A stretch of DNA of 63,898 nucleotides, the filler included, from Fonticula-like sp. SCN 57-25 (lineage: Eukaryota): the NCBI GenBank assembly GCA_001724245.1. It is 9 parts of 9 records of this genome, joined end to end, with 100 filler letters (N's around TTAATTAATTAA, not from the genome) between each part and the next. Parts side by side here need not be neighbours in the genome. Positions count along the whole stretch, not along the records: positions 36,238 to 43,264 come from MEDX01000418.1; positions 43,365 to 50,166 come from MEDX01000419.1; positions 50,267 to 57,046 come from MEDX01000420.1; 6 more parts are not named here. One strand, 5' to 3'. Positions within the stretch are counted from its first letter, which is position 1. Each line of letters starts with the position of its first letter. A program made the position numbers and the translations under genes. Positions 40,870 through 51,973 of the stretch are shown here, in pieces. The notes below the pieces were generated by a model. The model searched no databases. It was not told the DNA's origin and saw only the letters and a program-made list of their open reading frames with translations.

Positions 40870-43264
40870 ACTGCCCAAACTTTGCGGTTGAGTCATCTTT
40901 GGTGCGCCGCCTTGAAGGGGTGGAGAGGGATCGACGCCGGGACTATTGTTGCCCTCGTGCCTGTACCGGGTGCAAGCGGCAATGTCCTCGCAGCCGACGT
41001 TCCGCTACCGAGGTGCGTTGCAATTGGCGCGTTTTTGCTATTCTCTTGTTTAACTCTTGCATCATTGCACAGGGCCAGAGTTTGACCAGGTCTACCAGGC
41101 GGGGACGATTTCGGCCCGCCTCGACTTTCCCGCAGAGTACCTTGAGCCGCCAACAACACTCGTGCGTTGTCTTATGGATGTGTACTGTGAATGAATTGCT
41201 AATGCACGGCGTAGGCTTCACTTCGGCTTTTGCCCATTCCTGACCGGTCAGGCGCTGAGGTGCGTCAGTCGGCCCTCGGCCATGGGACATGTGCAGTGTG
41301 CAAAGTGGACTTGATACTGTGTATCTTTGTTCATATTTGCTGCTTGTTGTGTTTTATATCGTCTTTTGTCCTGTTTTTCTTATTCGATTCCGTGTCTCGA
41401 TGGCGTGTACGCCGTGCTGACATTGTGAACAATGTGTGTCCTGTGCAATGTCTGATGACGTACACCCAGACTCTTGCCTCTTTTCGTGCCCGCCCTGTAC
41501 TCATTCCCATTTCTATTGTTTCATTAGCTTCCTTCTCTTCGCACTGAGCGCGCCATTATCGCCAAATATGAAGAAGAACGCCAGCTAGAATCCCAGCGCA
41601 TCCTCCAGGAGCAGCTCGCCCTCGCCGCCGAGCGCCGCGAGGAGCAGCTCGAGCAGGAGCGCCGCCAGCGCGAAGAGCAAGAAAAGGCCGAGCAGCAGCG
41701 CCGCGAAGAAGAAGAGCGCGAGCAGGCGCGAGAACAAGCACGGCAAGATCAGGCGAGGCAAGATCAGCTCAAAGAGCAGCAACTCAAGGAGCAGCAGGAG
41801 CAGCAGAGGCAAGAAAAGGAAATTTTGGAAAAGGAAAAGATGCAGCAGCAAGAGCAGCTGAGTGAAAAGATGCGGCAGGCGCAGTTGCAAGAGCAGACGA
41901 CGTCGTATTCGTCGCCGCCATTGGTCGCGGCTGCGAGAGAGTCGCCTTTTATAGAGTTTGTCCCTGGGATATCATCAGACAAGGTGCGAAGTGTGTTTTG
42001 AGTGTTTATGAGTGTTTATGCGTGTTTTTGAGTGATTATGATGATTATTTTGATATTTGTTTTAATGATTGTTTTGACATGCTTGTTGCATTATCATTTC
42101 TTGTACCTCTTTTGACACTTTTCCTTTTCTTCTGACACCATTTCCAGCTGAAACCGCTCACAAACTATGACGAATTCGAGGACGGCCTCCCACCACCCGA
42201 CCCCTGGGACGTCCCCCCCAACGAGATGCAGCTCCTCATGTCTGCCATGGGCGACCAATCAACTGCATCCAGTGCAGGTGCAAGCGCAGGTGTATCTGGT
42301 GTGTCAGCAGTATCAACACCAGTATCAACTTTTTCTTCAGTATCACCTTCAGTATCAGTGTTGCCAATGTCTGCAAATGACGTCACTGCACCAGCCAATG
42401 GCGCGCCAGTGCAGCAGCGATTGGCAGTGTCGGCGCAGATGCTTCTCATGCAGCGGCTCAAGGAGCAGCAGGCAAAGATGGACGAGGCAAAGCAATACGA
42501 AGCCAAGCATATCGAGGCCAAGCAACTCGAAAGTGGTTATGACAAGACTCAATATGACAACAAGTATGAGAACAAGACATCATATGACAACAAGTATGAT
42601 ACCAAGTATGAGAACAAGACACCATATGATGCCAAGTATGAGACGGCGCAGCATCATATGCAACATCAGCATCACGTGACACATTTGCCTCTTCAGCCGC
42701 AGCCACAAGTCCCTCTTCCTCATGCTCCCCAGCCACAAGTACCATTGCAGCAAGCTCCTATTCAGCAGCAAATTCCATTGTCGAGCCCGCCAATGCCATC
42801 ACTGCCATCGTACACGTCATCACTTTCATCATACCCGCCTCATGCTCAGCAGCCATACCAGCACCAGCCCTACCAGCAGCAGCAGCAGCAACATAATCAG
42901 GCAAATCAGCAGAATCAGACACCCTACCCACAACATGATCCCTACCCACCACGTGGCCAACAGTATCCTAATGCTCAGCAGCGCCTTGTTGACCACCTCG
43001 ACCGCCGCGCTTCGCCCGCGCCGCCGCCGCTTCAGCCGAAACCAGATTCACTTAAGGGCAGCGGCAATGTCCATGATGTGAGGGCGGCGGCGGCGGCGGC
43101 AGCAGCGCGCATATTTGCTGGCGCGGACACGTGGACAGTGAGCGCGCAGGCGGACGCCATGGCGGGGTTCATGGAGATGGGGTACGACGCGGCGGCGGTC
43201 GAGATCGCGTTCGAGGCGTGCCAGGGGGACTATCCGCTCATATTGGATTTCTTGACGGGTGCGA
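40870..43264 (+). CDS. UBAP1-like ESCRT-I subunit (coiled coil, Q/P-rich region, UBA/SOUBA start), multi-exon, 3'-truncated
   Basis: Exon 41528-41982 (not in the ORF track) reads SLRTERAIIAKYEEE plus an E/Q coiled coil. Then NYDEFEDGLPPPDPWD and UBA-like FMEMGYDAAAVEIAF...ILDFL. 5' exons uncertain. Confidence 0.5.
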
Positions 43265-43364
43265 NNNNNNNNNNNNNNNNNNNNNNNNNNNNNNNNNNNN
43301 NNNNNNNNTTAATTAATTAANNNNNNNNNNNNNNNNNNNNNNNNNNNNNNNNNNNNNNNNNNNN

Positions 43365-43448
43365 TTCTTGACCACGTCCTTCTTGACCACGTCCTTCTTG
43401 ACCACGTCCTTCTTGACCACGTCCTTCTTGACCACGTCCTTCTTGACC
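43365..43448. repeat. 15-bp coding minisatellite (TTCTTGACCACGTCC)x5+ at the contig edge
   Basis: Five perfect copies plus a partial one, directly visible. Confidence 0.95.
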
Positions 43449-43816
43449 TCCTTTGTGGGGGCAGCGGTAGCGGGCGTCTTGGAGTCGTCGTTTGCCTCGG
43501 CGTCCTCCTTGGCGTCGCCGCTATCAGAAGATGACGTCTTCGTGGGTTGAACAGATGCGACTTTAGAGTTCTTGTTCTTACCGCCAAACACGTTCACAAC
43601 CTTGCGACGTGCTCTGTGGCATCATTGTAAGCACGGAGCGGAAAATTTGAACTGTGCGTACGGCGATGCTGGCAAAGCCGGGGTCCTGTCTCCAGGGACA
43701 TGATCGTTCTTGACTTCTTGTTCGACGGGCGACTTGGCAGACATAGATGCCTTGGCCCCTTTCGCGTCGATGGAAGCGTTCTCTCCGTCCAGCGCGCTGT
43801 CCTTCGCATCCACCAT
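43365..43816 (-). CDS. Hypothetical protein N-terminus running into (KKDVV)n repeats, truncated
   Basis: GCCATGG start at 43816, a probable short intron near 43660-43616, then a K/D/V repeat reading frame. Confidence 0.45.
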
Positions 43817-44468
43817 GGCGGGTAGCGTTCAAAAAAACAAATGAGCCCGCGAATCTGTCAGTCGCGCACCTCGTCGCAATTTCGAATTTCCCGCCAAACA
43901 TGAGACGTTTGATTGGATAGGCAGATCGACGTCGCTGATTGGTCCCATCAATTTGACGTCACATTTTCTTTTGTTTTCAGTACTTCACCCTCGCACACGC
44001 GCTGGCGGGGCTGTTCTTTTTGTTGGGACATTGAAGTGGTGCTTGCTGAGGTCGGCTCGATTCAGGTTGCTTCCTTTTGCGGGGTTGGCGCGATCGTGAG
44101 GCCGAATTTTTTGCTTTGGCCAGATCGAGATTTCTTTAGAGAACCTCGTCGCCATCTCTCGATTCCTTCTGGTCAAGGAAGGTGCGTGCAGTGTGGCTCG
44201 TGGGTGTGGAGCACTTGCTTATTGCAGTCGGGACTAATTCCTTTCGTTCTCGCTTAGGTTGAAGCTAGCGTACTAGATTGCGCTGAGATTGGCCGGCTTC
44301 ACGCTTCCCTTAGCGCATCACCGCTTTTACGTGTTGTCAGCATCGCATTTGCAACAGCTTGCGATCTCGGACCGACTTACCGCAAACAGGCTTCTGGTAG
44401 CTTCTGTGTTAGCCGAAGCTTTCTTTTCAAGGAGTTATTTTTAGAGTTGCCGAGTATTTTCCTACTAC

Positions 44469-46664
44469 ATGGCTGATCAATCGACCTTGCCTGACGCGGA
44501 GGAGCTCCAGCAGGATGTTCGTCTTGACGCAGATGAAGCGGCGGATGTCTCGGTAAGCGGGCAGGTTGAAAAGCGGAAGAAAAAGAAGAAGGTAGAGGGT
44601 GCCTCCGACGATAGTATGGCTGCCGACTCGGCGTCTCCTCAAAAGACACGCCGGAAATCCAAATCGAAGGATTCTGTTGAATCTACAGGTGCGGTTGAGG
44701 CAGTTTGTGTTTTTGGTCAAACTCACCAGTTGCTCTCAGATGCTCCTCTCGGGGAAAAGAAAAAGAAGAAGCGCGCCACAAAGCACGCGGACGGAGATGA
44801 CCAGCCAGATGCGGTCAAGACCAAAAAGAAAAAGTCGTCGTCTAAGCGCTCGGTAGCGCAGTCAGAGACCGAGGGGAGCCAGCAGGATTCGAATTTAGAT
44901 ACTTCGATGGAGTCGTCCGTCTCGGATCAGGCGTCGTCGTCACACATCGTAGAGGCGTCGTCCTCGGACTCTCTACTCCACCACGGGACAGAGGACGAAG
45001 CCAACGACACCGACTCTGGTAGCGAGGACGAGGATGCCGAGCCGTCGGCTTCCAACGACGCGCCTGAAGAGGAGAGTGCTACAGTTGACGAGGTTGCTTC
45101 CACCCCAGCACAGAATCTGGACCACAGTGCAAGCCCGCAGGCCGTTGAGGCTGTTGCCAATGTGGTGGTGTCTCCCGATACGAATGGTTTTGGAATCGCT
45201 ACCGACGCGACAGCGGAGGAGCGCCTTGCGCAATTGCTAGCCGGCTCGCGACTGGACCCTGCGCACACGTTTGAGCTTGCGCCCCTTGCGACTGAGGCGT
45301 ACGTTTCACCGCTTGTGCTCGAGCCCCTCGAGCTCCTTCATTCGTCCTCGGAGAGTTCGTCGAGCGACGACGACGATTGCGACAAGGATGGAGATGAGGA
45401 TGAAGAGTATTATGATGCAGATCAAACGGCAGATGGGCAGGAGGGCGGTGCCGACGCCACCAGTTCTAATGCTGCTGCGCGTGCAATGAAGCGCCCTTCA
45501 CCTCTTGGCCCGCTGATGCAGTCTCTTCAATCGAGTCTCGAATCGCCTGCTGTCCTGACGCCAGACACCGAGTTTACGCAGCAGCTTAACGATGGCTGTG
45601 ACGAGGTTGAAATTACGCCGACCTCGGAGCTCGGCACGCACACCGAACTTCCCGAGCTTCCGCCGGATTACCTCCCGACGATGGACATCATTGCTTATGC
45701 TCCTGACGACGACGATGATGACGATGAAGACGAAGCGGCGCCAGTGTGCCCGGACGACGCGGCTGCGGAGGGCGGCGACGCTCAGCCTGCTGGCATCGTT
45801 GATCCGGCGCTCGTACCTAGGAGAGCAATCGACAAGTCGGGAGGCAAGATGAAGCAGACATCGTACGGTGGTTCTGTCAAGAATATGCGCTCCTGGGCCA
45901 AAGGCGCGCGTGCCGAGCTGGAAGCTGAAGAGGCTGCTCGCCCGAGCAGCCCCAGGTTCACGCAGTTGGTTGAAGACGCGGGCACCTTTTCACGCAAGCT
46001 TAGCCAGCGGTTCCTGAACCAGTTTAGCAAGCTGCGCCGGGGGTCTGAATCGGGTTCTTCCTCTTCATTGGCGCCGTCGTCGCAATCGACCGACCAGTCG
46101 TACATTACCTTTGCCCCGACCCCGCCTCGCAAGACCGGCCCGAGCTCGTTCTTCCAGCCTTCGAGCGTCGCGCTCGAAGTCGGCTCGTCGACCGGCCGCA
46201 GCATGTCGAGCAACACGAACCTGGCTCTCCTCGGGTCGCCCTCCTTCCAGGGATCTTCCATTGCCATGCACGCCGGCGAGGAAACCGACCCCGCGCTCGT
46301 CCGCGCGTTCAGCCTGCCCGACCTCCCCTCAAACACTAGCACTCCCGAAACTGCAGTCGCTCCTTTGCGGCGGCTTCCTGGGACTCCGATTCTCAAAAAG
46401 TCGACGTCGCATCCCGACCCGCGCGACTCTACAGGGACGGTGCGTCCGTTACGCATGCCGGGCGACAAGCGCGTTATTTTGGTCAAGTTCCACGAGAGTG
46501 TCACTGTACGGCGCACGTGGGCGAAGCGGGACTATGACCGCAAGGGCGAGGTAACGTGGCGGTTGACGACGGATCAGGCGATGTCCATCAGGAATGAGCT
46601 TAACGAGTTCAAGGCAACAATGGATATTCACATAGACAGTAGGCAGAACACGCACTACTACTAA
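44469..46664 (+). CDS. Largely disordered protein with a C-terminal Bni4/Phactr-type PP1-binding module
   Basis: ILVKFHESVTVRRTW...DYDRKG...LTTDQAMSIRNELNEFKATMDIHIDSRQNTHYY* matches the RVxF / DYDR / ELNEFK..M.VH..SR tail. Intronless, 731 aa. Confidence 0.8.
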   Translation: MADQSTLPDAEELQQDVRLDADEAADVSVSGQVEKRKKKKKVEGASDDSMAADSASPQKTRRKSKSKDSVESTGAVEAVCVFGQTHQLLSDAPLGEKKKKKRATKHADGDDQPDAVKTKKKKSSSKRSVAQSETEGSQQDSNLDTSMESSVSDQASSSHIVEASSSDSLLHHGTEDEANDTDSGSEDEDAEPSASNDAPEEESATVDEVASTPAQNLDHSASPQAVEAVANVVVSPDTNGFGIATDATAEERLAQLLAGSRLDPAHTFELAPLATEAYVSPLVLEPLELLHSSSESSSSDDDDCDKDGDEDEEYYDADQTADGQEGGADATSSNAAARAMKRPSPLGPLMQSLQSSLESPAVLTPDTEFTQQLNDGCDEVEITPTSELGTHTELPELPPDYLPTMDIIAYAPDDDDDDDEDEAAPVCPDDAAAEGGDAQPAGIVDPALVPRRAIDKSGGKMKQTSYGGSVKNMRSWAKGARAELEAEEAARPSSPRFTQLVEDAGTFSRKLSQRFLNQFSKLRRGSESGSSSSLAPSSQSTDQSYITFAPTPPRKTGPSSFFQPSSVALEVGSSTGRSMSSNTNLALLGSPSFQGSSIAMHAGEETDPALVRAFSLPDLPSNTSTPETAVAPLRRLPGTPILKKSTSHPDPRDSTGTVRPLRMPGDKRVILVKFHESVTVRRTWAKRDYDRKGEVTWRLTTDQAMSIRNELNEFKATMDIHIDSRQNTHYY

Positions 46665-47677
46665 GCCAATGTGGTTCGGTCGTCAATATTATCTTAATTT
46701 TGTGCAGTTGGGCTTTGTGGGTTTTTGCATCTGTGACAGTGATTCTTCCTGTCTCAATTTTGATGCATGCTTCTCTGCTTGAGTGGAGCGTGTGATACTC
46801 GCGATTGACCGTTTGTGTCCGGTTGGTCGCCTGTCTGTTAATTTCTTCCTTTGCATCTCTTCTTCTCCCTTCCATGAACATATATATAGTATGCTGCCGT
46901 TTGTTGCTTTTGTCGAATATACATAACAGACGTGACGCACGAACGTTCAATACAGGAAAGATTTATTTGCTAAAGAAAATTATGATACACAATACTCAAA
47001 AACTATGGGTGTGCCTCCACACGGAAATCACTGGATCGCATAGAAAGGGACGAACGACAAACGGGAAGACGGCCAACAGTAGCAAGGACCAAAGTAGCGC
47101 AAATCGCACAAAGCGCGAAACTCTAGGGATACAAAACAGTTGTAACCTCCACGTTCGGCCTCCCCGGGCACCTATTATAAAAATGGAGCGGAAAGTTACG
47201 TTTGAGCACGACCTTTTCACGCTTTGATGGCGCGCACCTCTTAAACGTCCGTGGGATGGCAGTGCAGATGCTCATGGCGTCCTGAAGACCTGTCTTGGCG
47301 TGAAGAACGCACCTGTATTGATACAATGTGTCCATCCAGCACCCGTTGGCGTCCTCTCCGGATCTCGGCCCGCGCACGACGTGCTCGTCGCGAGCTTTGC
47401 CGATCTGCAGCTCTGTTGGCGTCATGACAGAACAAACTGCCCCTCAAGTTTTCTTAGTTGAAATCAAACTGCCCCTCAAGTTGTCGATGTCCCCACGACG
47501 CTGGCGTCGACTTTCCGTGGCGGCACTTTGCCGAAAAGAAGATGAAAATGTTTCTAGTACGGCGCTCGGTATAAGGTGTCTCATGGTACTCTACTATATT
47601 ACACTTCAACCATGAGCCTCAGCCAGGTTGTCGTGTTTCCAAACAAATCGGCATTGAAGCGCAGCGCGGTTCGTGGC

Positions 47678-49176
47678 TTATTCTGCGCCATCCTCGGTTT
47701 GCGACAACATTGCGTCAGTTGATTGCGGCGTAATCTCGAGCATCTTCATCACCTTTGACGCCTCGATGGAGCCCTCGTATGTTAATTCCCTGGTTCCGCC
47801 CTCCAAGTCGCGTGTCGAATTGCTCTCCAGCCTTCCCTGGTTCTTGGGCTTTGACGACGGCTTTGACGCAGTCGAGTCGAGGTGGAATACAATTCCTTTC
47901 CGCAGCAGATCATTGAAGCGGTGCTCATAGCCTTCTCTGTCAAACAAACTGTGAAGAAAGTTAGTCGACATGGCACGACACAGTACAGCGATGGTTCCGT
48001 TGCATACCAGTAGTAGACGGAAGGTCCAATGTAGGCCCAGAAGCAGATCAAGACGAGCAATGTAAGCTGAAAATATGGCACGTTCGTAAGCGTCACAAAC
48101 ATCCATAAGGCACAAGCGCAAAAGGCGTACAAGGCCCGAAATTAAGCAGCGTCCCCATTCTTCCTTCTGCAGTCCAGCGCCAACCAAGGCGAACGCGATC
48201 ACCAGGACGAAAATAGCGATCAACATGGTGATCATGGTTTTCTTGTAGTCATTGAAGAACTTGAGCGGCAATTTGCGGAGCTTGTACGCAAGGATCGAGA
48301 GGGCCAAAATGTAGATAAAGGCGAGACCAAAACCCGTGAAAATGTAAGGGTCGTAAGAGTAGCAGATTGGTTCTCCGTTACCCTGAAACGACCGTTAGCC
48401 ATCACGGGGCCGGCTGCATTTTGAACCAAAAGCGCATCGTACCGAGCCAGGATACAAGTTGACCCAGCCAAATGCCGACACGATAACATTGACAATAAAG
48501 GAGGGGACGAAGAAGATCAAAATGGGAATACCCCACATCTGAAACATCGATTGTCCTCCGCGGCGGGTGAACGCAATGTGGAGCTACATGGCGAGCACCA
48601 CTATTAGTGCCACGCGATCAACAGCACAGGAAAATAGTCTGTCGTACACGCCACAGTCGAATGAAAAATGTGGCTGCTACCGTTGCGATGCCGAAGAACG
48701 TATAGAGCCAGCCTACAGAGCAGCAAAACAATCCGCGTCAGCAAGCGTGAGCGCCGAGGCGGCGGCGGCGTACCAATGAGAAAAATACACAGCTGTACAG
48801 GAAATCCAGGGAAAATCGGAAATACGCGATTTGACATAGAGGCGCCAGTCACCATGAAAATGCCCGCTACAACATCGCATCAGCAATCCACGTAAGCAGG
48901 GGGGTCAACGTCGGAAAAAGAGGCCGCACCAACAACAAACACCAGCATGATGGTCGGCTGCTTCGCGCGCAGCGGCCGATACCTCCGTCCCGCTACGGCA
49001 GCATAAATCGCAGCGATAAAAGTTATAAACAATGTTGAGTAGCACAAAACGATGGTGATGAGCTCGCCGGTCTCCAAAATGTACGACGTCGCTCCGTCGG
49101 CTGCTTCGGTAACCCTGTTCGCAATGAAGTACACGGGAAGACCGCCGGGAACCAGCGGCTCGTTTGAATGTGACAT
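47678..49176 (-). CDS. Multi-pass (about 7TM) membrane protein, GPCR-like, multi-exon
   Basis: Successive hydrophobic helices across several exons. RPLRAKQP after TM1. Hydrophilic C-tail. Confidence 0.55.
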
Positions 49177-49444
49177 TCAAGAAAGATCAGCTCGCAGTCG
49201 CGAGAGCAAACAAAAAACTTTCGGGAGCCACAGAGGCAAATCCAAGACGGGTGCGATCCCGACGGCGCGCTCTGCAGGGAGGGTGGAACGGGAATGATTA
49301 TCGCAAAAAACAATTGCCCGGATTGGTCGATGATCGAGTTCGATTGGTTGCGGATATTATCAAAGGCACCCCATTGGTCGATTTGGGTTCTGTTCGACGT
49401 GACTAGTCGGCTGGCCTAATCTGGCAGTATAATAAAGTATGAAC

Positions 49445-50166
49445 TAGGGTAGGTCTAAGTGTCATCGATGACACTTAGGTTATGTGTCATCGATGGCACT
49501 TAGACTGTGTCATCGAAATTTGTCACAAAACGTCGATGACACAAAAGGTTAAGTGTCATCGAATAATGAACGGTTCATTTGTAGAGTTTTTACAGTGCTT
49601 GTTTTAAGAGACCTTTACACAAGGAACGACCGTTTCATGAAATCTGGAAAGGCTCTGTGAAATTTCATGAAATTTCATGAAATTGCATGAAATTGCATGA
49701 AATATTGGAAATTTTGCTGTAGCTGCGTGTTAAAGAGCTATAAAGAGCCGTAAACACCGACACAGGCTCGGCAAAGCTACATTATATGATATGCAAGTGG
49801 AAAAACAGGTACTTTGTACTGAAAAATTTAGATATAGAGTACCTTTGCTCACGACGATTTCGCGAGGTTTCCGCTCCATGAAAAGGCCACGTGCTGGCCA
49901 CGTGGACAAGACGAGCTGAAACCGACCTAACCGACCCAGACCGACTATTTTTGCAATATTGCAAAGGCACCTTTTTTTTTGGACCGTGAAATTTCATGAA
50001 ATTTCATGAAATTTCATGCAATGGAAAAGTTGAAATTTTGCAATGGTCGTTAATGGTCGTTCCTTGGCTGTATTTTTACTCTGTACAATCGTCTCTATAT
50101 ATTCTATGAATGAACCGGCCATTATTAACTTCTCTCTGTAAAGGTCTCTTAAAACAAGCACTGTAA
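49445..50166. mobile_element. Non-coding palindrome/inverted-repeat element (MITE/foldback-like), cut by the contig end
   Basis: Perfect 30-bp IR 49590-49619 / 50137-50166. 24-bp palindrome 49455-49478. GTGTCATCGA x6. (GAAATTTCAT)n arrays at ~49659-49703 and ~49987-50017. Confidence 0.6.
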
Positions 50167-50325
50167 NNNNNNNNNNNNNNNNNNNNNNNNNNNNNNNNNN
50201 NNNNNNNNNNTTAATTAATTAANNNNNNNNNNNNNNNNNNNNNNNNNNNNNNNNNNNNNNNNNNNNGGCGACGCCATGCCCATCCAGCCCACGCAGCGAA
50301 AGAAAACAATGAAAAGAAATGACGA

Positions 50326-50377
50326 GTCACGTGATATATCCACTCGGCAATTTCACGTGACCGCACGTCACGTGACG
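50326..50377. promoter_or_regulatory. Triple TCACGTGA E-box cluster upstream of HDAC3
   Basis: TCACGTGA at 50327, 50353 and 50368 (the last inside the palindrome CGTCACGTGACG), 40-90 bp before the ATG. Confidence 0.6.
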
Positions 50378-50416
50378 CCGTAGTTTCGTTTGGCGCGTCG
50401 GCGTTGTTGAGGATCG

Positions 50417-51773
50417 ATGGCCAAGTCGACGCATAGCCGCGACCGTGTGTCCTATTTCTATGACCCGGACGTGGGAAATTACCACTATGGGCCTGGTCAC
50501 CCCATGAAGCCGCACCGGTTGAGTCTCACACACAATCTTGTGCTCAATTATGGGCTATATAAAAAGGTACTAATTTGCCCTTTCTCGTTGCCGCGACTTA
50601 CACGCCGCGTAGATGGACATGTACCGCCCTCGCAAGGCGACGCGCGAGGAGCTCGAGGCCTTCCACGCAGAGGACTACGTCGACTTTCTCTCCCGCGTAA
50701 CGCCGGACAATGTTGGCGAGTTCAAGAAAGAGATGCTTGCGCGGTTCAATGTCGGCGATGACTGTCCCGTCTTTGATGGCATGTATGAATTCTGCCGCGC
50801 CTACACAGGCGGGAGCATCGAAGCCGCGCGCAAGCTCAACATGGGCCAATCCGACATTTGCGTAAACTGGTCCGGCGGCCTTCACCACGCCAAGAAATTC
50901 GAGGCATCCGGCTTTTGCTACGTCAACGACATCAACCTCGCGATCCTCGAGCTCTTAAAGTACCATCCCCGCGTTCTGTACATTGACATTGACATCCACC
51001 ACGGCGACGGCGTCCAAGAAGCCTTTTACGTAACGGACCGCGTCATGACCGTCTCCTTTCACAAGTACGGCGACAATTTCTTCCCTGGCACCGGCGATCA
51101 GAACGAGATCGGCGTCAAGGCCGGCAAGTACTACGCCGTGAATGTGCCCCTCAAGGACGGGATCGACGACGACAGCTACCGCTTTGTGTTCCGCCCCGTC
51201 ATTCAAGCTGTCGTCGACCACTACCGCCCCTCTGCGATCGTGCTTCAGTGCGGCGCCGACTCGCTCGGCTGCGATCGCCTCGGCCGGTTCAACCTGAGCC
51301 TCAAGGGCCACGGCGACTGCGTCAAGTTTGTAAAGAGCCTTCGGTTACCCACCATTGTGCTCGGCGGCGGCGGCTACACTGTGCGCAACGTGGCGCGCTG
51401 CTGGACGTACGAGACGTCGGTGCTCGTCAACCAGCAGGTGTCCAACGAGCTCCCCTACAACGACTACCTCGAGTACTTTGCGCCGCACTTTAAGCTGCAC
51501 CCCGACATTGCGCTCAAGGTCGAAAACATGAACAGCCGCGCTTATCTCGAAAAGATTCGCGCCAAGGCGCTCGAGCACATTAGGATGCTGCAGGGCGCGC
51601 CGTCGGTGCAGATGGCCGAGATCCCGCCAGAGGTCGACCTCGATAGGGGGGAGGACGACGAGGACCCGGACGAGAGGGAGAGCCAGAGGTTCAAGGACGA
51701 GTTGATCGAGGTGGAGAACGAGTTTTATGAGGACGATAGGGATAACGACCAGGACGACGAGCTGGACGTATAG
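50417..51773 (+). CDS. HDAC3: Class I histone deacetylase (HDAC3/Hos2 type), 2 exons
   Basis: [64 protein letters not shown] and [13 protein letters not shown]. Intron ~50567-50612. Confidence 0.95.
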
Positions 51774-51973
51774 GTGTACACAAATAATATACTTTTAGAA
51801 AGGGCAGTTGACATACAGGAATGGTGGCCATATGGTATGGGTATCAAAAGAGTGGGAAATGTACCTCCAAAAGGCACTTTCCTATCAAAAATAGGTATAA
51901 AAAGACATTTTATTGAAATGGCTACAGATATTGTCTGCTTTTCGCCTGCTGTATATATGCGTTGTACTGTACA

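Noticed and set aside
48447-48456. GTATCCT on the minus strand as a U12 donor in the 7TM gene
   Set aside because: It lacks the following TT, and a normal GTACGA donor lies 13 nt downstream.
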